This document shows positions 53,411 through 63,638 of a stretch of DNA of 63,638 bases, piece by piece. Numbering within the stretch: the stretch's first letter is position 1; every line of letters begins with the position of its first letter. Position numbers and translations under genes: made by a program. The stretch comes from Octopus bimaculoides. Lineage: Eukaryota. The notes beneath the pieces are model-generated. The model worked only from the letters and a program-made list of their open reading frames with translations. It did not search any database and was not told the origin of the DNA. The stretch is taken from the NCBI RefSeq assembly GCF_001194135.2, contig NC_068998.1, forward strand, positions 7,347,620 to 7,411,257. The letters run 5' to 3'.

Positions 53411-54861
53411 ACACGCACACACACACACACACATATATGTACGACAGGCTTCTTTCAGTTTCCACCTTCCAAATAAACTTGCAAGACTTTGGTTAGCCCA
53501 GCACCATAGTAGAAGACAGATACCTAAGGTGCCATGCAGTGGGACTGAATCCAGAACCATGTGGTTGTAAAGCAAATGTCTTGCTACATAGCATAATAAC
53601 TTTTAATAAATTGTATTCATCTTGACATTTGGAAACATCCATACCTCAAACCATAAGATTTCCTGATATATAAGGAAAAGGGAAATTTTCTGAGACATCT
53701 TGCATAATAACCTTTGATTATTCAGATTTACATATCATCAAACAATGTTAAGATTCACAAGAAAATACACGGCTTTTTTTATCACTTATAAAAACAAAAC
53801 TGACAAAAATTCAGAGTAAAATATAAAAAGAAAGACAAGAATTTATCGAAGCACATCAATAGAATACTGCATTGCACTGATTATAACCATGTTCCGTAAG
53901 AATGAGACATGGCTTTGATGTAGAATGTAGAAGTGGCTTCTTGGAATTGGACAAAATGTTAACAATGATGTAGACAAGGAATAAAGTGAAGATCAGTTGC
54001 AACTTTCATTCCATTGCCAAACTAATTTAATTAATAAGACTAAAACTATCTTCTGTGACAAAGTTCAGAGGAAAAACAAAGTCTAATTAGATTTTGTTAG
54101 GTATCTTGCAGTAAATTTAAGAAGCACCTCAATGGATATGTATACATGACACGCAATCGGTATTCTGGTTTGGCATTTAGCTATGTGAAAGCTTTCTTCA
54201 ATATTAACAGATTCCTGGCGAGAATGGCAAGACAAAAGGCAGAGTGAAAAGATTTCTTGTCAACAGATGAGCAGTAAAAGCTATTAGCGCTGAAGACAAA
54301 GAGTAAAATTATCATCATTTTAATGTCTGCTCTTCCATGCTTCCAAGGGTCAAATTAGAGCACATTGGAACAAAGTTTTCTTTGACCAGTTGACTTGTTC
54401 TCACCCCATCCCCTTGTTTCAATATACGGCAATAATTTCTTTGTTTCATCATCGTCGTCGTCATCGTAATCATCATCATCATCGTCGTCGTCGTCGTCGT
54501 CGTCATCATCATCGTCGTCAGTCATTATCATCATCATCATATATATATATATATATAATAACAATAATGGACTCTCCTGTCGTTAGCCAACGTATGAGGG
54601 TTTGAAAATTTCTTACCGAACAACCACACAGATGATTTATTTATAGTAACCAAATGTTTGTGTAGACATAAGCTTACTCCCTCCATCAAATTGACTTTAC
54701 CTGTACAGGTGCAGATGGGTGTCACATGTCAGATGCCGAAATGATTGCAGAGCGTGAAATGAAGTGCTTTGCTCAAGACCACAATGCAATGCCTGATCTG
54801 GGAATCGAACCCATGATCTCACAATCGTGCGTGCAATACCCTAACCACTAAGCCATGTGCC

Positions 54862-54910
<49 letters not shown>

Positions 54911-54920
54911 TAGAGAGAGA

Positions 54921-55007
<87 letters not shown>

Positions 55008-55757
55008 GGATTGCTTGGCTTTAAGTGAGGTATATTCCTGTAAAAGAGACTGTAATAGATTTCTGTTTTCATTGAGCCTATGGGATGATTTGAACTCAGA
55101 ACTACAATTTACTAAGGCACTCATTGATTACATAGTACCTCAGTTACTAATAGCAATGAAACGTAGAACTCTGAATGTTAATTCAATGCCTTCTCTTTAA
55201 ACTGAGTACAAATACATTTGTGTATGTATGATGCATGTGCATGTATTGTTATTTCTTCCAGGAACACACAAACACACACGCAAATGCATAGATGTAAAAC
55301 ACCCAAGCAGCAAGGATGTGGATTGGTGTGAGTCTATACATACATGCATCCAAAGAATCACAGACATAGATACCTTTTTACCTGATGCTAATTTGAAGGT
55401 GAATATTGCAGGTAAAAAGTTTCAGTGTCATACATATTTAATTGGACTTTATAAACGAACAAATTCGCCAAAAAATTTTTTTGCTTTCAATAAGATTGTT
55501 TTGAATCTCTTTTGTGGCTGTTATTTTCAAATGTAAAGTAAATTATTTGTGGTAAACATGCATATTTATTTTAAAAAGATCAGGAGAGGGAAGAAAAGAG
55601 AGATATAAAATAAATAGAGAGAGAGGGAGATGGAGAGAGAGAGAGAGAGAGACAGAGGGTGGGTGAAGGTGAGTGAAGTGAGAGAAAACCTAAGTTGGAG
55701 AGATGTAAAAAGAAATCAAATGAGACAAAGTAGAATAGAGAAGAAATATGAAAGAGA

Positions 55758-55808
<51 letters not shown>

Positions 55809-55914
55809 AATAAAAACTTTTATATCTCTATGTGTCTATCTATCCATCTATTTGTCTGCCTGTCTGTCTATCTATCTGTCTGTCTGTCTATCTATCTATC
55901 TGTCTGCCAGCCTG

Positions 55915-55953
<39 letters not shown>

Positions 55954-56491
55954 GTCTGTCTGTCTGTCAGTCTTTTTATCTATCTATCTATCTAAAGGAG
56001 AAAGAGAGAGTGGGGGCCTTGCTCCCAATTTGTCATGCCCATCCCATGTCCAAGGTCACCGTGGTTCTTTCTCGTAGATTTTTTCTTCCCCTGGACAACC
56101 TTACCTGTTTTTTCCGTCAACACAAAAATTTATGCATACAAATTTCGCCTTTTGAAATTTCAATTTTGTTAACAAAACACTATCGATCACCTTTTTTTGA
56201 TCATCAACTGTCTTACCTTTTATTTTTTGCATTTTTGTAAAAAAAAAAGAAGAAAATAAAATAAAAAGAAAAAATCTACATTGTATTGCCTTGTGCCTCC
56301 AGTAGAAAGGATCTTTATTATTCAGTCCCACTGTGTGGCACCTTGGCCAGTTGTCTTCTACTATAGCCTCAGGCTGACCAAAGTCTTGTAAGTGACCAAA
56401 GTTTTGGTAGACGGAAACTGAAAGAAGCACATCATATATATATGTGTGTGTTTGTCTGTCCCCCCATCATCACTTGCCTCCAATAGAAAGG

Positions 56492-56524
<33 letters not shown>

Positions 56525-57529
56525 GTTATTATTATTTCTATTTAATATCTTTATCAGTCCTTCCTATTGTTTCTCAGATCATCCAAAGAACCAGAGTAGA
56601 AATAATTTTCGAAAAATTAATAAAATAACGTCACGATTCACAGAAAATTTCCAGTAAGAATTTTGATGAGAGCACTTATTCTTTGACTCTATTCATGTAA
56701 GAATTTACCCTTTATATCAATATGTTTCAATCATTGCTGATGAGTAGACTTCCCGCAGAGGTCAGTAGTGATGGAATAGCATGTAAGAGAGATACCTCAT
56801 TCATGCAATTCTATATTTATTTAATTAAGGTGAACAAACTATAAAAAAAATTCTACAAGAGAGAAAATAAAATTAATTGTATTATTTCATTTCATCTTTT
56901 ATCTTTTCTTTTTTTTTTTTTTACCTTTTATATGCTTCAACATTTCATTACATAGAATAAAACATATATATATAAATATACATATATGTAAATGGAAAAG
57001 ATAAAATAGCTGAAAACCCAGAAGGGAATTGAGGGAGAAATTGAATAGTTTACAAAAGAAATAATTTTACAAAACCTGAAACTGAATAAAAAAAGAACAA
57101 AATTGCATTGAAATTGCCGTCATTTCTCATTGCATGAGTAAACTAGTTCAATAATGATAATGTAGATATTGATAATGGTTTTTTGTTTCTCTCTCCTTAA
57201 TCTTCCATTGGAAACATCTGTGTACAATTGTAGAAAACTTGGAAAATGATTATTATGTAACGCATATTCACTACAATAGTATGATGACACCCACCATAGT
57301 TACAATAAGACTGATAATTATATAAAACACATATAAACAAAATTATTATAAAGATATGTTAATCTAAATTATGGAATCAAACAGTGCAAATAGTTGAAGG
57401 ATGTGGTTAGGAGGAGGTTAGGTTGCTGTTTCTAGCAGTTTCAGTGACCAGTTATGGGTTCCGAATTGATCAATAGTTTTTTGATGTTACGCCAGAGGCC
57501 AACCCTGTTCAAGTTGATCATCAGCATCA

Positions 57530-57945
57530 TCTGGCTGTGTGTTAAGAAGCTTGCTTCCCAACCACATGGTTCAAGGTTCAATCCCATTGTGTGGCACCTT
57601 GGGCAAGTATCTTCTACAATAGCCTTGGGCTGACCAAAGCCTTGTGAGTGGATTTGGCAGATGGAAACTGAAAGAAGCCCATCGTATACATACATATATA
57701 CATATATGTGTGTGTGTCTATATTTATGTTTGTGTTTGTGTGTCTGTGTTTGTCCCCTCTCCTCCATTGCTTCACAAACAATGTTGGTATCTTTACGTTT
57801 CCTTAACTTAGCAGTTCGGCACAAGAGACCGAAAGAATAAGTACCAAACTTACAAAAAATAAGTCCTCGGTTCGATTTTTTTAACTAAAAGGTGGTGCTC
57901 CAGCATGGCCACAGTCAAACGATTGAAGCAAAATAAAAGAAAGAA
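57530..57945 (+). mobile_element. SINE family A
   Basis: Match to 3567-4005; another partial copy at 56320-56480. Confidence 0.85.
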
Positions 57946-59394
57946 TCATCATTTAACTTCCCTTTTCCATGTTGGAAAGGGTTGAACGGCTTGATGGGGA
58001 GCCGCAACAGGTCCCATTGTTTGTTTTGGCATGGGTTCTACTGTTTGATGCCTTCCTAGCATCAATCACTTTGCAGAGAATACTAGGAGCTTTTTACATG
58101 GTACCAGCACCAATACTTTCTATGTGGCACCAGCACCAGTACATTTTACATGGTACCAGCACCATTGCTTTTTACCTGGCTTACCTCATATACCTTTCTT
58201 TTTACTTAGAGTATAGTAGTAAGTGATATGAAGGAAATTTGGCTGCTGTTTCTGGCATGTTGAGCAACCATGTATAAACTCCCTCTATAAGTATTGTTTA
58301 ACCTGGATCAACCTGATTGACACCTGTGATAATAGATTTTCCTGTCATGGCTATCTTTTATTGTTGTATAGTGTATTTTCCTATGTGTCATTCCTTTGTC
58401 AAGATGGTAGGGTTTGATATGAGTGAATCTGCTTACTATTTTTAGCAGCTCAAGCAACCACATAGATGCTCTCTCATTAGCTCACATCTCTCTTATCAAG
58501 CTTGGTACATCACATTACCTTTCACTTAGTTTGAATCTTTTTTGACTTTGATTTTACCTTTTATCTTTTTCACCTTTTCTTTTTGTTTTTTGTATTCTTC
58601 ACGACAAGATAAATTCAAATGATTTCTACTAAAATTAGTCTTGAGCCAAATAAAAATCAAATCACTCGAAATAAATGAGTTGAAAATAGTCTTTTGGTTT
58701 GGTGATGTACTTCAAACATGAAATAACGCTAAATCATTTTAAATTTAGTGTTAAGCTTAATGAATTCATTCTCTTCTTTCACCTTTACCAAAATATAAAT
58801 CTATCTATATACCGAATATATATGCAAATGTAAATTCTATAAACAGAGAGAGAGAGAGGGGGGGGAGATAGAGAGAGAGAGAGGGGGTGAGATAGAGAGA
58901 GAGAGAGAGAGAGACTGAGAAAGACAAACATCTAATGATAATGTTTTCCTTATATCTTTCAAGTATGGAATCATATCTTTGAAAAATCATAAATTAAATA
59001 ATAAAATCACTGTTAAAGAAATAGGTATTTCTTTTCTTTCTGGCACCAAACCTCTTATTTTACCAAAATAGATATCCAAACTAAATGGTTATTTTTCTTT
59101 GTGTTTATACTGCATTAATCTATTTTATCTGATTCGATCAACTCATGGCTATGGTGGAGTATATCTCAGAGGAAATCATGGATTTGAATTGATTCTGGAA
59201 TAGTTGGACAAAAGTGCTGATTGGATCTGAATTAAGTTAGGATGTAACAATTCCAATGCACATCTTTTGATTTTTGAGAATGTACTGTACAAGAGAGTAG
59301 ATGACCTATGTTTTTTACTAAATGTCATAGTAACGAAACAGCTTCCATATATTTCTCAAAAAAGAGTCTTATCCAAAATGCTGTAACTTGTGTT

Positions 59395-59660
59395 CCCTCA
59401 CTGGATAGGATAGCGAGTCCATCGCAGCATTACTCATCGCAGCATTACTCATCGCAGCATTACTCAAGAAAAAGGAAGAAAGAGTGAGAGAAATTTAGGG
59501 TGAAAGAGTACAACAAGGGTTGCCACCATCCCCTGCCAGAGCCTTGCGGAGTTTTAGGTGTTTTCGCTCAATAAACATACACAATGCCCGGTCTTGGAAT
59601 CGAAACCGCAATCCTCTGACCGCGAGTCCGCTGCACTAACCACTGGGCCATTGCACCTCT
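59395..59660 (-). mobile_element. SINE family C, partial, with 3x 15-bp tandem CATCGCAGCATTACT
   Basis: Reverse complement of the 50609 head region. Confidence 0.8.
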
Positions 59661-59685
59661 AAAACTTTGTTGTGTTTCATGTAAA

Positions 59686-59931
59686 TATAGGGTGTTCTAA
59701 AAGTCTCTCCGCAGTGAATCTTTTTCATCCTGCACATTTATTTTTTGAGGACACCACCAATACCGAGTGATATTGCTCAAATATTGCCTGTTCATTTGTA
59801 GGCCAACTGAAAGTGAAAGTAATAATGCATACTTTCAGCAAGATGGAGCTACAGCACATACTTTGCGCATCATCTTATAAATATTTATTTTGCAATAAAA
59901 TACTGCGGAGAGACATTTTGAACACCCTATA
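59686..59931. mobile_element. Mariner-derived MITE
   Basis: TIRs TATAGGGTGTTCTAAAAGTCTCTCCGCAGT / ACTGCGGAGAGACATTTTGAACACCCTATA; internal FQQDGATAHT transposase relic. Confidence 0.85.
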
Positions 59932-60199
59932 TATGTCTCAAGCCTAGCTGTGTTTATCTATCTTACCATTTGTGCATGTGTGTGTGCATGTATGTGTGTG
60001 TGCATGTATGTGTGTATGCTTATTATACTTAATGTTTATACAGGCAATTTATTTAACATTGTTTCAGTTGCATGCACTGAATTATTCATCCAACTTGGCA
60101 GTGATTTACCAAAGCAGTGAATGTATTATTCCTTTTCTTATATTGGAAGCAATAAATCTCTTAACCTCATATAGGCATGTGGCCAACTGCTAGTACATA

Positions 60200-60236
60200 C
60201 CATTGACGAGGCCTAAGAAGGCTGAAATGCATCTGG
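60200..60236 (+). ncRNA. Degenerate minimal type I hammerhead
   Basis: CCA-TTGACGA-GGCC-TAAGAA-GGCT-GAAAT-GC-ATC-TGG. Four transitions from CCA-CTGACGA-GGCC..GGCC-GAAAC-GC-GTC-TGG, three of them at CpG sites. Confidence 0.6.
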
Positions 60237-60299
60237 CATTCTCATTAGCAACTGGTGGGACACTTTTTCAGCTCCTTTTCAATATCTTCTTTTTTTCTT

Positions 60300-60516
60300 C
60301 TTTTTCACTTTTTACTTACTTCAGTCATTAGATTGTGGCCATGCTGGGGCACCACCTTGAAGAATGTTTCATTGAATGCATCGATTCCAAGACTTATTTT
60401 TTTAAAAGCCTGGTACTTATTGAATCAGTCCCTTGGGCTGAACCACTAAGTTACAGTGATATAAACACACTGGCACCAGTTGTCAAGTGGTGTTGAGGGA
60501 CAAACACAGACACACT

Positions 60517-60568
<52 letters not shown>

Positions 60569-60730
60569 AATATATGACTGGCTTCTTTCAGTTTCCATCT
60601 ATCAAATCCACTCACAAGACTTTGGTTGGCCCGGGGCTATGGTAGAAGACACTTGCCCAAGTTGCCACACAGTGGGACTGAACCCAGAACCATGTGGTTG
60701 GGAAGCAAGCTTCTTACCACACATCTGTGC
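60300..60730 (-). mobile_element. SINE family A
   Basis: Reverse complement of 57530-57945. Confidence 0.85.
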
Positions 60731-60887
60731 CTGTGTCTAATATATATTGTATTTTTAAATCCTGCATATCTACAAGAGGTTCTATTCCAAATGAAAACTA
60801 CAGTAACTTGCCTGTTAATAGTGTACATGTATGAAGTATGATTCGTTCGTAAATGGCTGTGATGTGTCTTGGATGAAGGTCAAATAA

Positions 60888-61303
60888 TCAAATAGAGGCT
60901 CCTGCATTGGTTTTTATCTTAGACCAATAATACAGTAGGTCATCCTTGTTTTCAAAGAAAAGTCTGTTTTCCTTGATGACATAAATTAGACGTATCTCCA
61001 ACTGATCATCTTTCAATGCATTTTGATCCTGTATCCTTTCATCTAGGAATCTGAAATACTCAACAGAAAATATCCTTTAACCATTAACAATACCTTATTC
61101 AGTGTATATCATTAATTTGCTTTAACGATTCCATACAAACGAAGCCATCTATCTCAATGGAATAAATTGCCAAGATGAATTGGATTGTCCACAATATATT
61201 CAATGTCTAATCCCTTTCTAAACTGAGATACATCTCATTTACCTTAATGTTTCAGTACATTTCACTTACGACAAATTCTGATTTCCATTCAGAAATAGTG
61301 GTT
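60888..61303 (-). CDS. Candidate two-exon coding fragment (61303-61270, 61050-60888), product unknown
   Basis: Acceptor aatgttttcag, donor GTC|gtaagt, 219-nt intron, acceptor gagtatttcag; phases are compatible, giving PLFLNGNQNLS-FLDERIQDQNALKDDQLEIRLIYVIKENRLFFENKDDLLYYWSKIKTNAGASI*. Confidence 0.3.
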
Positions 61304-61815
61304 CTGAAAACATTTATTCCTTTCCTTTTAATTATAACCATTTTTGAGAACTTCCAAAAACAATAAAAAGAACATAATTAGAATGTACTGGACATGCAAT
61401 GTCAAATTTGAAGAATATACTTAATTTGGAATGACTCAATATGTGAACAAGCATTGCAATCTGTCAGATATTTCTCGTGGCAGGTAATTCTCTGGTGATA
61501 TGGAGACATGATGAAAATGGATATTAAGAACTGAATGAAATGTCATGAAACCATACTAAAGTGTAGCCAGAGCACATTCACTTTGTACATGGGCGGATTT
61601 AGAATAAACTAATCAGTATTAATCTCATAAGGGTTAAGAATTAAATTATGCAAATGCAGAGGAAACAGAAAGTAAACAGAGATAACATATGATAAATAAA
61701 TACTTGGTGCTTAATACACTCTTACTCAACATAAATCATTCTCTCTCTCTCTCTCTCTCTCTCTCCCACCTCTCTATCTATCCTATCTGTCTGTCTTTCT
61801 GTCTATCTATTTATC

Positions 61816-61848
<33 letters not shown>

Positions 61849-62019
61849 AATCTATCTAGCTATATATCTATCTGTCTGTTTGTCTATCAATCTATCTAGC
61901 TATATATCTATCTGTCTGTCTGTCTATCAAACTACCTACCTACTTACCTACTACCTACCTACCAGCACCAATATCAATGTATTTTTACATGGACCCCTGA
62001 TTCTAGGATATTACTTCTA

Positions 62020-62110
62020 TGGTGATGGTCAGGTCTTCTTGAGTAGAGCAGTGTGCCACATATCTCAGTCCTCTGTTATCTCCTTCATAAGGCTCAGCGT
62101 TCTGAGATCA
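62020..62110 (-). mobile_element. RTE ORF2 extreme C-terminus relic
   Basis: [27 protein letters not shown] resembles RTE ..DLR.LGLTE.MT.DRDLWR.AVLEKT. Confidence 0.5.
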
Positions 62111-63429
62111 ACTTTCAATACTAAAACATATCTGATAGCACATTCTGAAAAAAAATAAGACAATGCATGATGGAACAAGTATGATAGTTCATGCCGAAAC
62201 AGACAAAGCAACACACACCTACAAAGATATTGGAATAGATGACAAAAACAAATGGTGCCAAGTGCCATAAGTGATGAGAATAATGTGCACTACTTTATCA
62301 CAATTTATTGAAAAGATTTGACTACAGAAAAAATAGATTGCCAGTTGAGTAAACATAACTAGTACAACTATAATGGAGACAAACTTGACTGTGTATGTTT
62401 CCATATACAAGAAACATAACGTAGATACAAATATTTATATTTTTTGTTTTATCTTTAAAGATGAAGGCAATAGCCTGCAAAAGGTTAACCTTAAAAAGAA
62501 CAATGTCGCTTTTAATAGGGACACGGACAACTAGAATGACAAATCAACAAGTAGAAGAAGAAAAACAACAGCAACAACTTCAACAAAGAATTAAGAAAAG
62601 TGCTTGTTATCAATACCGAGCTATTGATGTGTTAAGGTAAGCTAGAGTAATCTGCAATGCAAAAGGAGATAAAGAATGTTTTTAGTAAATCAAAATGCTG
62701 AGGAATTCTCTTGACGCTTATTGCAACAGTTGAAGTTTGGTTGTTATCTTTTCACAGTTGTTAACTCTGTGAATCGATCTACGGCTCACAATGAACTTAT
62801 TCCTAAATATTTATTTATACAGCCCCATTTCATTCCAACCCATTCCATCAATCCTTTACCGAAACCAAAATTACAGACTTTTGTGTTGATATTGATGTCA
62901 AGAAAGATCAATAATGGTTTATGCCGGAGCACGACAAACTTTTTATTTAAATCCCCCCACCGCAGCCCACCGCCACCAATATCGGTAATACGACAACTAA
63001 ATAATGTAACTATCACAACAATTACCACCACAAACAATAAACACCACCAGCTCAATAAGCAGTTGCTTATTGAATGAGGAAGTTAATAACACGAGATACA
63101 ATTTCAAGATTGACACGGATGATGATTAACAATTTAATTCTTCACTTCCAGTTTTTGTATGGAATGATGAGAAACTTGAATAATACTGTTTTCTATCTCA
63201 TAATCTGGGATTATTCCATTTTATACTATAATAATCTTGGATCACAATATGAGAAGCTATATAATGTTCCAACAAAGAAGTCAGATGATTAATTTGGTGG
63301 TAACATATCATACAGTCATGCAGGCAGGACCCGTTTTTGCTATGATGTCCAATCTATCTAGGATATTTACTCAACATGATAAAAAAAAAAATATGCTATA
63401 GAATTTATTAATGATCATCATGTAAACAA

Positions 63430-63449
63430 AACATAAATCATCATCATCA

Positions 63450-63485
<36 letters not shown>

Positions 63486-63638
63486 TCATCATCATCGTCA
63501 TCACCATCATCATCAACATTTAATGTCCGTTTTTCCATGCTGGGTTGGATGGTTTGACTGGAAAACAGACAATGAAACCTGGTGTGGCTTCTGGCAAGGC
63601 CAGGGGCTGCACCTGGTTCCATTCTCAGTTTTGGCTTG
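63430..63638 (-). mobile_element. RTE-type 3' tail with (ATC/GTC)n
   Basis: CATTTAATGTCCGTTTTTCCATGCTGGGTTGGATGGTTTGACTGG; runs off the window end. Confidence 0.75.

Noticed and set aside
59403-59466. Short direct repeats resembling a CRISPR array
   Set aside because: Three abutting 15-mers with no spacers, inside a SINE in an animal genome.
62822-63075. Frame that reads through if TAA were Gln (ciliate-type contamination)
   Set aside because: Flanks are continuous host-type repeats; TAA frequency is expected in AT-rich DNA.

Overview
AT-rich, microsatellite-saturated animal genomic DNA with seven N-gaps. The tRNA-derived SINE families, RTE tails and (TA)n/(CA)n/(ATC)n load look like an octopus (coleoid cephalopod) scaffold; this is inference from repeat character, not a database hit. 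No long intact ORF or recognisable host gene is present, and most ORF-track entries are microsatellite or gap artefacts. The window is intronic/intergenic and filled with SINEs, decayed LINEs (RTE, CR1-like, R4/Dong-like), a Penelope-like RT relic, mariner/Tc1/hAT relics and several MITEs. A few splice-bounded exon candidates exist at low confidence. The main unannotated signal is RNA-level: at least five sequence-unrelated families of type I hammerhead ribozyme (HHR) motifs with short, self-complementary stem III. Two copies have intact or near-intact cores (4583-4656 +, 6773-6828 -). Others sit in long palindromes (1676-1951; 27607-27979, the latter with back-to-back tRNA-type Pol III heads) or in a direct-repeat pair (17.3 kb / 18.3 kb). 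This points to a diverse Penelope/retrozyme-type non-autonomous retroelement system, possibly including a SINE-hammerhead hybrid. Coordinates of decayed repeats are approximate.
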